Made by a program: the position numbers and the translations under genes
The notes under the pieces: model-generated
Databases searched by the model: none
Told to the model about the DNA's origin: nothing
Seen by the model: the letters and a program-made list of their open reading frames with translations, nothing else
Source of the DNA: a virus
Lineage: Duplodnaviria; Caudoviricetes
Reading direction: 5' to 3' (one strand)
DNA length: 64,000 nucleotides
IMG/VR virus record: IMGVR_UViG_3300033121_001394
Coordinates: 21,594 to 85,593 of that record
In this document: positions 56,924 through 64,000 of the stretch, piece by piece
Position numbering within the stretch: position 1 is the first letter of the stretch
Layout of the letters: every line of letters begins with the position of its first letter

Positions 56924-57112
56924 ATGGAAACACAATACAACGATCCGAACCGATTGAAAAAGATGGTAGACTCACGCGACCAAGGAAAGATTCTATCATA
57001 CACAGACGAATACGGGCGAGTGCGAATCGGGATTGTACGTACCGAATCGTGGAATAGAAACTATACTACCATTTGGGTAGGAAACTGTCCGGTTCTTGTT
57101 CTGTCACGATAA
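56924..57112 (+). CDS. hypothetical early protein
   Basis: GGAAGGA RBS and ATG at 56924. Confidence 0.55.
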   Translation: METQYNDPNRLKKMVDSRDQGKILSYTDEYGRVRIGIVRTESWNRNYTTIWVGNCPVLVLSR

Positions 57113-57235
57113 GTAAGTAACATTCCAGTATACCCAAATACGGTATACTAGGGATTTAGTGGGCGGATGCTCACGAATAGGCTGTGTAGCCTATATAATA
57201 GGGGACGCTAGTCCCAGAAAGGATGCGTTAGCATC

Positions 57236-58276
57236 ATGGGTATTCTTTCGCGTGTTTTCAAGTCGTTCGGGATTCATGGGTACACTCCCTCCCTTGCCGA
57301 GTCTACGGCATTGTCCAAGGTTCGCATTGCGGATCAATCGGACGATACCCTTGGCTCGAAAATCCGAGCCACAAGGGAGAAAATCAAGGCTATTCGTCGA
57401 TCGACGGTAGTCTCTTGGAATCTGTACCCTCCCTCCCCCGATCTTCTCCCTACCGATAGGTCGATGCCGACGTATTGGGGGGAAGGTAAACCCCAAACAA
57501 TGACCTATCAGCAGGTCGGTTTGATGATGCTCGGCATCTGTGCGGATATGCGTAGGTATCTGTGGGGGGGACGTAAACCTAAGGGTAACGTCGGCAAGGG
57601 TACGTATCTGTGCCGATTCTGGGAAGGTAGCCTTGCCCGATTGTTCACCGATCCCGAAACGGCATGGGCCGAGATTTTCAACTCGGGGTTCACCTACTGT
57701 TTGGGCTTGTCCCAAGTCAATGCGGAACGCATTGCCAATGGTAAACGTCCGCTTACCATCTCTAAGTCTAGTGTGGTTCGGCATCTGGTAAGTGAAACGT
57801 ATCGGGGGACCAATCCTAGGGGGCACGTTTGGTATTTTTCTAGGCTTGACGGCGAGTGGTTCAACGCGAATCGGCCATACTTGAAAATCAAGTCTAAAAA
57901 GGACGCCGAATCGCTTATTGCAAGAGGGTACCTATTCGGATTCGATCGGGCAAGTGGGCAAGAGATTCGGATTCCTATCCGATGTGCGATGGTTGTATCC
58001 TTGGACGTTCAGCATATGGCCGATCCGCGATGTGAACGGGTCCGCTTGGATGAGATGCTTCATAAGGTATCCGAATCGGATACCCTGACAACTGACGAAC
58101 GGCTCGTTTGTATTGCGATCGCACGCAATCCGAACGCAACCCGTACCGAGATCGCAAGGATTCTCGGTCAAGAGAATAATGGACCCACTAAGGGTAGGGA
58201 TTGGACGAATGACCGTGTGAAGTCTATCTCACGCAAGATTCCGGGCATCTTGGAGGATATGCAGTTAGTTGATTGA
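57236..58276 (+). CDS. Large early protein with C-terminal HTH, possibly a divergent sigma-like factor
   Basis: AAGGA RBS; VSLD...L...LTTDERLV...ATRTEIARILG...VKS region-4-like ending. Confidence 0.5.
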   Translation: MGILSRVFKSFGIHGYTPSLAESTALSKVRIADQSDDTLGSKIRATREKIKAIRRSTVVSWNLYPPSPDLLPTDRSMPTYWGEGKPQTMTYQQVGLMMLGICADMRRYLWGGRKPKGNVGKGTYLCRFWEGSLARLFTDPETAWAEIFNSGFTYCLGLSQVNAERIANGKRPLTISKSSVVRHLVSETYRGTNPRGHVWYFSRLDGEWFNANRPYLKIKSKKDAESLIARGYLFGFDRASGQEIRIPIRCAMVVSLDVQHMADPRCERVRLDEMLHKVSESDTLTTDERLVCIAIARNPNATRTEIARILGQENNGPTKGRDWTNDRVKSISRKIPGILEDMQLVD

Positions 58277-58604
58277 ATCAACTAACCGAATACGGTAGGG
58301 TAGAAATACCCTATCTGTATTTTCGATACGGACGGTATAACTTAGATAATATGGTTACCTACGAGGATACTATAGTCCCCAGTAGGAGGTAGAACTACGT
58401 TCATAGGGAAAACCCCCGAATGGATGCCATACCGCCATAGGCGGGCCGTTAGGGTATTCCTAACAGATTCTAAAAATATTTTATTTTTAGATTTGGTCCG
58501 TGTTAGGGATACTAATCCGTATATAAGGGTGGAACAAGCCCGCACACTACCAATACCATCGTGTGGTATACAGTGTGTAGGGTATAACTATTGCGGAGCA
58601 AACA

Positions 58605-58829
58605 ATGGAAAAGATTTCCTGTGTGGCACCCGCCGATAGGGTGCTTATTTCGTTTGTGTGGTTGTACAACTCCCTTTTTGGACACTATACCGTTCGTGTA
58701 ACGGTTCTCGATAGGTGGAACGATTGTCACGAATGGACAGACGGGCCATACGCCCCGTCCGTTCGTAAGAACATGGTCGAAACGGCCATTCGGAATAAGG
58801 TCGAAAGGCTGTATGGCCCAGTGGAGTAA
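58605..58829 (+). CDS. hypothetical early protein
   Basis: GGAG RBS; stop lies in a boundary hairpin. Confidence 0.6.
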   Translation: MEKISCVAPADRVLISFVWLYNSLFGHYTVRVTVLDRWNDCHEWTDGPYAPSVRKNMVETAIRNKVERLYGPVE

Positions 58830-58858
58830 ACCCCCACACCCCCGAACCGGAGGTTTCA

Positions 58859-59023
58859 ATGGAAACTGATCGTCTGATCGTCGGCACCTTTGGTGCGTTC
58901 ATCAATGGGCGGTTTTCATCGGCGGAACGGTGGTTCTATAGTCAGAACCGCGACCCACTGGACGAACAGGATGATTTCGTCCTGTTCTGGGAATGCTGGC
59001 ATCCCTACTACGGGGGATATTAG
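58859..59023 (+). CDS. 54-aa hypothetical early protein (not in the ORF track)
   Basis: METDRLIVG...PYYGGY*; cassette RBS upstream and stop inside the TAGGGCTTTGCCCTA hairpin. Confidence 0.7.
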   Translation: METDRLIVGTFGAFINGRFSSAERWFYSQNRDPLDEQDDFVLFWECWHPYYGGY

Positions 59024-59046
59024 GGCTTTGCCCTACGGAGGTTTCA

Positions 59047-59331
59047 ATGCACACTAAGGAATCCATCAAGGATTTGTTGCAACGCAACGATAGGGCCGTA
59101 GAACGAGCCTTGCTCGCAATCTATAATCGTCAGACTGACGTAGAGCGTCAGTCAAGTAGGACGGTAGTCCACAACGGAGTGGGATTCAGTGCGTTTGATG
59201 CGAGTCTAGGTAGTTACCTAGCCTCATGGATTAGCAAGGGTAAGCCCCTTACTGGTCCATTTCTTGAAAAAGGCCGTAGGCTTGCGACGAAGTATGTCGG
59301 CCAGTTGGTTTCAATCGCTAATGGGGGCTAA
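59047..59331 (+). CDS. Conserved-looking phage hypothetical protein
   Basis: RQTDVE...HNGVGFSAFDA...KYVGQL; CGGAGG RBS; ATG at 59047. Confidence 0.75.
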   Translation: MHTKESIKDLLQRNDRAVERALLAIYNRQTDVERQSSRTVVHNGVGFSAFDASLGSYLASWISKGKPLTGPFLEKGRRLATKYVGQLVSIANGG

Positions 59332-59358
59332 GCCCCCATACCCCGAACCGGAGGTTCT

Positions 59359-59565
59359 ATGAAAAAGGGCATTGTGCGTGTTTGTGAACTTCAAGAGACA
59401 CCAGAAACAACACAACTGGCTCTTGAACATTCGGATCATCAATATGAGTTTGATATTCCAGAGGGGGCGACGGAAGATACGATCCAGTTGCTCGCTTATG
59501 GAACATTGTTCAAGAATGATTGGGCAATGCAGGATACCACGTCGGAGTGGTACATCACACAGTAA
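59359..59565 (+). CDS. hypothetical early protein
   Basis: Cassette RBS; acidic 68 aa. Confidence 0.7.
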   Translation: MKKGIVRVCELQETPETTQLALEHSDHQYEFDIPEGATEDTIQLLAYGTLFKNDWAMQDTTSEWYITQ

Positions 59566-59820
59566 GGGCTAGCCGCCCCTACCACCCGGCTGGCCTAGCG
59601 GCCAAGCATTGTAGAGAAAATAAGGGCCGCAACTAAGGGAATATCCCAAGTCCGCCCGTTTGGTAGGCATCGCCAGTAGTAATATTGGCGAGAGCCTTTA
59701 TGCCGCTCGATTAGCGAAGTCTACTTTCTTGATCGGAAGTAACCTAGTAAGATACTAGGCGGCACGAAGTAACTCATATCTCGTAAGATATTCTAAAATC
59801 CTCTTTAGGAGGCACGCACA

Positions 59821-59934
59821 GTGCATTTCATTGAATCCGTCCAACACATGATTGGTATTGCCCTTGTGTTTTGGGGCATAGGCTATTTTGTTCAATCTAT
59901 CGGAAAATGTGTGTATTACATAACTCGGAAGTAG
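59821..59934 (+). CDS. 37-aa membrane peptide (not in the ORF track)
   Basis: AGGAGG then GTG; MHFIESVQHMIGIALVFWGIGYFVQSIGKCVYYITRK*; stop inside a boundary hairpin. Confidence 0.6.
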   Translation: MHFIESVQHMIGIALVFWGIGYFVQSIGKCVYYITRK

Positions 59935-59967
59935 GGGGAATCCCTACAACCCCTTGCCGGAGGCAAC

Positions 59968-60234
59968 ATGAATATCCAAACACAAAAGTTTGTGACAAAA
60001 TCAGATTTGTTTGAGGGATTGGATACCCTGGAAAGCATCTTTGATGAGGGTGACCACCTTACTATCACTTGGGGTGGAGCTAATCGCACCTTGATTGATA
60101 CCCACTACTTCTCACAATGGGAATCTGCGGAAATGACAATCATTGTAGAAGAGGGGGCGGTGGGTGAACTTGAGATTATGTGGAGCAGAATCAAGGAACT
60201 CCCCGAGGGAGTTATGGTGGATCTAGAAAATTAG
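59968..60234 (+). CDS. hypothetical early protein
   Basis: CCGGAGG RBS; acidic 88 aa. Confidence 0.7.
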   Translation: MNIQTQKFVTKSDLFEGLDTLESIFDEGDHLTITWGGANRTLIDTHYFSQWESAEMTIIVEEGAVGELEIMWSRIKELPEGVMVDLEN

Positions 60235-60273
60235 TGGGGCTTTGCCCTAAGACCCCTAGAACCGGAGGTTCGT

Positions 60274-60462
60274 ATGACTGATATTGAGCGTGAGGCTATT
60301 GAACTCATGGAACAGATTGGGGGCGGATTTGCTTCCCATCTGGCTAGGGCATGGCGTAGGGCTGATTTGGGAAATCAGCGGCGACTTAAAGATGCCTTTG
60401 GACATCTTCTAGAGGAATATGTGAAGATGGTAGAATCAAGGGTTCCGGCGGGGGAACTTTAG
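60274..60462 (+). CDS. hypothetical early protein
   Basis: Cassette RBS; GGGFASHLARAWRRADLGN motif. Confidence 0.7.
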   Translation: MTDIEREAIELMEQIGGGFASHLARAWRRADLGNQRRLKDAFGHLLEEYVKMVESRVPAGEL

Positions 60463-60465
60463 TTC

Positions 60466-60573
60466 TTACGGTCCATACAAAAAGAATGAGAGAATGTCCA
60501 AATGTGGGTTTGCTAACAACCATTTGATACACTCATCTACTAACTTTTGTTCTTCATCGCTTGCCGCAGGCAT
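60466..60573 (-). CDS. 35-aa antisense-oriented ORF
   Basis: MPAASDEEQKLVDECIKWLLANPHLDILSFFLYGP*; AAGGGGT 4 nt upstream of the ATG. Confidence 0.35.
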   Translation of the reverse strand: MPAASDEEQKLVDECIKWLLANPHLDILSFFLYGP

Positions 60574-60886
60574 ACCGACCCCTTTATCCCCTGACTCCCC
60601 CTCTAGGAGTTTCAGAGTACTCTCTGAGTATTTCGGCAAGTCTAAACTGATTGGGCTTGTCAGGGTCTAGGTTGTCAGGTTGGACAGAGCCTAGTGTTTT
60701 ATGCCAATCAGCGAATCTCTTGCCTTTGTGCCCAAGAATGGTCGTGTATTCTTGGTCCCTAGGGTGGGCGGCTTAAGTGTCGCCCACTTCTCTTTGCACG
60801 ATTTTACTACTGCGGTTTATTAATACCTACGGTATCTTGTAAAGTAAGGAAAACAGCCGCTCAAAAAACCCTGAAATACATAGAAG

Positions 60887-60893
60887 TATACAC
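60887..60893 (-). promoter_or_regulatory. GTGTATA late-promoter motif in the early region
   Basis: AAAAAAGTGTATA on the minus strand, pointing into a structured non-coding region. Confidence 0.45.
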
Positions 60894-61046
60894 TTTTTTG
60901 AAGAAACTTTCAAGAAAAGGAGACTATAGTATGAAGAATAACTAACGTTGTCGCAGACATAGGTGCGGTGTCCTGTAATGGGGTACCGCCCCTTTACTTT
61001 GAGGGTGTTCCTGTTTAAACTCTCCTATATCTTCATCGAATATGGT

Positions 61047-61142
61047 CCCGAATAGGGAATGCGGGCTTGCCCGTATCGGTGACATCCCGGTAATCGGCTA
61101 CCTTGGTACCAGTGGTAGGGTGGTTCAACTCCACTAATCGGG
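61047..61142 (+). ncRNA. tRNA-like structured element (not a canonical tRNA)
   Basis: Closing stem CCCGA/TCGGG, T-arm GGTGG-TTCAACT-CCACT and three further hairpins; no canonical D loop, U33 or CCA. Confidence 0.3.
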
Positions 61143-61184
61143 TTTTATAGGGGCAACCCCCACGCCCCCGAAAGGAGTCCAGTC

Positions 61185-61445
61185 ATGAGTCAAGTATTCA
61201 TTAAGAATAGGCAGACTGGTAAACGAATAGCCTTTGGTTTTGGTAAGAAAGATTGGTTCTGGACTAATATGGCTTCAAGAGTCCAGTACTTTTCTTCGGC
61301 TAACGCCGAATCGTTCTGTAAAGAAAACAAGTTGACCGTGGTAGATGTCGAAATCGTAAAGCCATCGTGTCGGTGCGATAAAGATGAACAAGGTGGAGTA
61401 TTATATCTTGACCCAAAATGTCCAGTGTGTGGAGATTGGCCCTGA
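61185..61445 (+). CDS. hypothetical protein with C-terminal CxC...CPxC
   Basis: AAGGAG RBS in a cassette. Confidence 0.7.
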   Translation: MSQVFIKNRQTGKRIAFGFGKKDWFWTNMASRVQYFSSANAESFCKENKLTVVDVEIVKPSCRCDKDEQGGVLYLDPKCPVCGDWP

Positions 61446-61726
61446 GAATAAGGTCAGCCGTGCGGCTGCCGCAGGCTGGTGTTACTGTGGTTGCTGCACT
61501 GGCTACTATGACCAAAAGGGTTACAGAGTGGAATGTGCCAAGCCCAATCCCTCGGGCTTTCGCCCCTCCAAATGGACCAAGCCTCTGCATCGACTTCACG
61601 GTCGTAAGGGTCGTACCTTGCGATCCCATAGGGCTTCGCCCAAAGGATTGTAAGGATTATCCTTACCTCCTCAATAGGAGCAGAACATATGGGGAAACCC
61701 CCTAATCCTCAGAAAGGACATAATCC

Positions 61727-62065
61727 ATGAAGAAATATGCCGCCCGCAGGGGGCACATAGGCGATTTCTTAGCAGTAGTATGTTCTATAATTTGGGCAAT
61801 AGTTTGGGGGATTTTATTTCCCTATAAACCTTCTACAAACTATGAATCAGTCACGGTTCTCTCTGTCCAAGAGCATAAGTATGTCGTTGGCGATGGATTA
61901 ACCGGCCAACGAATAGGAATCATAACCAAGATTGAGACTGTAGTTACAACAAAGGAGGGAAAACGATATATCGTTACTGGACCCCGCTTTGCTGAACCGA
62001 CTGATGTAGTCCTACTTGATCTGAAAGGTGAGAATATTGCCGAGATCGGTAAGAAAGCAAATTAG
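61727..62065 (+). CDS. Membrane-anchored early protein
   Basis: TM segment FLAVVCSIIWAIVWGILF; cassette RBS; stop in a hairpin. Confidence 0.7.
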   Translation: MKKYAARRGHIGDFLAVVCSIIWAIVWGILFPYKPSTNYESVTVLSVQEHKYVVGDGLTGQRIGIITKIETVVTTKEGKRYIVTGPRFAEPTDVVLLDLKGENIAEIGKKAN

Positions 62066-62379
62066 GGGGCCGCCCCCTATAGGATTCCGCCCTAGAAATA
62101 GGGTGTTTATCTATTTATTCTCTGGCCCCAAAAGTTCCAGATTCTAGTTGGGAGTACCATATTATAATCTGGCGGCAGTCCACTTAAGCCGGTGGTCGCT
62201 GATTACGAAAAGGGTTCCTAGCAATAGGTGCTTGACAGCGTGTGGGGTAAACTTGACCGTTTGCCCTACATTTTACAAATGGGCGTCCGCCCTAAAAACC
62301 GCATTCCTGCAAAGTTAATAAGGGTTGACACTAGGTAGAATAAGGGGAAACCCCTTAAACCCCAAGAACCGGAGGTTTC

Positions 62380-62604
62380 ATGCCGAAGGCTAAATATTTT
62401 CGTACCGTTGTATCCATAGAGATACTATCTAATGAAGAAATCCCAGATACCATTTCCCTCGAAGATATATCCTATGGGATCACGTATGGGCACTGGTCTG
62501 GACTCATTACGCACGAAAAATCCCAAGAGATAAAGGCACCAAAAGCCCGTAGATTACTGCAAAAACAAGGGTCCGACCCCACTTTCCTAGATAACCCCTC
62601 CTAA
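62380..62604 (+). CDS. hypothetical early protein
   Basis: Cassette RBS GAACCGGAGG. Confidence 0.7.
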   Translation: MPKAKYFRTVVSIEILSNEEIPDTISLEDISYGITYGHWSGLITHEKSQEIKAPKARRLLQKQGSDPTFLDNPS

Positions 62605-62635
62605 CCCCCTAAACCTTTATCCTACAAGGACTTAG

Positions 62636-62669
62636 TTATCCACATTCTTTGTGGAAAACCTGTGGAAAA
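62636..62669. promoter_or_regulatory. Cluster of three DnaA-box matches
   Basis: TTATCCACA at 62636; TGTGGAAAA (reverse complement TTTTCCACA) at 62650 and 62661. All fit TTWTNCACA. Confidence 0.6.
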
Positions 62670-62832
62670 CTTTAAATGGGGACGTTTGGTTTATATTTTT
62701 AGACCACATACAAAGTAAACCTTCAATCCCATACAAACCCCTAAGCAGTAGTCCTTATATTAATCCTAGTAATAAGGTAAGGGATTGGTATAGGAAAAGT
62801 ACAACAGGCGACAGCCGAGGAGTTTACAATTT

Positions 62833-63018
62833 ATGCCGAGAATCACTGAGGCATTTGATAAAATCCAGTGTGAAGAAATCGACCTAGATCATGGTGATCT
62901 AGATGAAGATTTAGACATGGAAAAGATACGTTGTATCTGGGAAGAAAAGATTAAAATGGGCGGCACGCTGCCGACCTTTCCGATAACCCCGAGTTGTCAT
63001 AATGATGACAACGGTTAA
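62833..63018 (+). CDS. acidic hypothetical protein
   Basis: GAGGAG upstream; 61 aa. Confidence 0.55.
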   Translation: MPRITEAFDKIQCEEIDLDHGDLDEDLDMEKIRCIWEEKIKMGGTLPTFPITPSCHNDDNG

Positions 63019-63191
63019 AAAGAAATCAATAGGGCGAACATGATAAGGGCGGGGCATAGCCCTCATAACCCCTGCCAGTGGCCCTACGATCCCCTAGGAT
63101 TAATTCTTGGGGTTAGGTCCGACCAAGATAGGGGTCTAGGGGGCGATCGTTTATAGGGAATCTAATGGGCAAGGGCAATCAGGAGATTAGA

Positions 63192-63533
63192 ATGGGCGAA
63201 GTTATGCCTAAAATGGAAAACTGGTCTGTTGTTGATAGGCCCGAAGATAGGGCGAACGTATTTCTTCCTCCTGAATGCCGCAAGGCAGCAATTCATGGAG
63301 AAGTGTATGGGCACCCCTCATATCCTAACGGTGATGTAATCACCACTTCCCCTATTATTTCCGTAGACGGAAACAAAGTTGAATGTACGTCAAGGACGTA
63401 TACCTTGGGTAAGCCTTCGGCAGAATATATCGAGTGGTGTAAGATGCACGGAGTGCATATTCCGACCGATGAAGTCCCGATTAAATGGGAGAAGAAAAAT
63501 GAAGCCACTAACGCAAGTGTTGCCACAAATTAA
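63192..63533 (+). CDS. Conserved-looking phage hypothetical protein
   Basis: AGGAG RBS; GEVYGHP...NG..ITTS...TYTLG pattern. Confidence 0.7.
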   Translation: MGEVMPKMENWSVVDRPEDRANVFLPPECRKAAIHGEVYGHPSYPNGDVITTSPIISVDGNKVECTSRTYTLGKPSAEYIEWCKMHGVHIPTDEVPIKWEKKNEATNASVATN

Positions 63534-63741
63534 GCCCCACCAAAAGGTTATGCTTAGGCATAATGAAAAAGATTATCTTTACAAGATTACTGTAAATAAT
63601 AATCTTTCTGGCAATGGTCTATGGGCTATTGACTATAGTTACCTAAATACAGTAACTAACAAGTTTGACGGCCCACATGCTGGAGGTTATTTTCCTGCAA
63701 ATGAATACGATGTACTTCGCGTTTCAGGGAGATTTGTATGA
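63499..63741 (+). CDS. hypothetical protein
   Basis: ATG at 63499; coupled to the next gene by ATGA. Confidence 0.55.
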   Translation: MKPLTQVLPQIKPHQKVMLRHNEKDYLYKITVNNNLSGNGLWAIDYSYLNTVTNKFDGPHAGGYFPANEYDVLRVSGRFV

Positions 63742-63968
63742 AAGATGAGATTATTATTGGGGACTTTGAAGTAAGGATAAAGGGGTCTAGTCGATTCCCC
63801 CAACCATTTATTTTTCATAGGCCCACTAGGGACTACCTTACTAAGAACAAAAAGATTGAATACCCATCCAATGTTGATCTTTGTTACTACGGTAACATAG
63901 GTGCGGCGGTAAATGCTGTACGTGCCCACTATCGTCGGCAAGGTTTACCCGTCCCATCATATAAATAA
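63738..63968 (+). CDS. hypothetical protein
   Basis: 76 aa, ATGA-coupled. Confidence 0.55.
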   Translation: MKDEIIIGDFEVRIKGSSRFPQPFIFHRPTRDYLTKNKKIEYPSNVDLCYYGNIGAAVNAVRAHYRRQGLPVPSYK

Positions 63969-64000
63969 GGACAATATTCTATTGTCCCCAATAGGAGGCG

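Larger units (their letters stand above)
58820..62380 (+). repeat. Dispersed gene-boundary cassette: GGG(G)-loop-CCC(C) hairpin, C-run, GAACCGGAGG RBS
   Basis: GAACCGGAGG at 58844, 59345, 60259 and 62366; variants before the starts at 59047, 59968, 61185 and 61727. Confidence 0.85.

Noticed and set aside
57191-57826. 211-aa minus-strand ORF
   Set aside because: Fully antisense to the RBS-supported 346-aa gene; long shadow ORFs are expected in this more GC-rich region.
61384-61705. Cys-rich ORFs at 61384-61653 and 61418-61705
   Set aside because: Both overlap the 61185 gene or each other and lack the cassette RBS; one may be real but I cannot choose between them.
58820-62380. Early-region repeats as a CRISPR-like array or integron attC sites
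   Set aside because: The spacers are whole genes of variable length and the repeat core is a ribosome-binding site; no integrase or cas gene is in the window.
62651-62887. 78-aa ORF starting at GTG
   Set aside because: It starts within the DnaA-box cluster, lacks an RBS and overlaps the better-supported 62833 gene.
1-64000. Stop-codon reassignment
   Set aside because: Long genes are intact and tightly packed under the standard code, and TAA, TAG and TGA all terminate coupled genes.
1-64000. CRISPR array, rRNA or canonical tRNA genes
   Set aside because: No regularly spaced direct repeats, rRNA-like sequence or complete canonical cloverleaf was seen by eye; a tRNAscan-SE run is still advisable.

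Overview
64 kb of a large tailed dsDNA phage genome. A long tape measure protein, a tail tube gene and no recognisable sheath gene suggest siphovirus-like morphology; the host cannot be determined from this window. There are three blocks. (1) 1-17.3 kb, + strand: replication and modification genes, including a DnaE-type polymerase broken into three separate genes, two free-standing LAGLIDADG endonucleases, a DEDDh exonuclease, a sigma factor, a glycosyltransferase/methyltransferase cluster, a Rad52/Sak-like annealing protein and a Whirly-like protein. (2) 17.3-55.5 kb, - strand: the morphogenesis module (intein-containing TerL, portal, protease/scaffold, capsid, neck, tail tube, tape measure, tail tip and Cys-rich distal proteins), plus GDP-mannose 4,6-dehydratase, HNH genes, a sigma-like gene and a membrane-anchored PAS protein; a recurrent GTGTATA motif sits upstream of many of these genes. 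(3) 55.6-64 kb, mostly + strand and visibly more GC-rich: small early-type genes in repeated hairpin+RBS cassettes, structured intergenic regions and a DnaA-box cluster. Strongest leads: a possible virion glycosylation system (glycosyltransferases, Gmd and [S/T]-G-rich surface proteins), the three-piece DnaE with a stranded gene start, the Whirly-like SSB and the TM-PAS protein. All product calls come from motifs recognised by eye; no database search was run.
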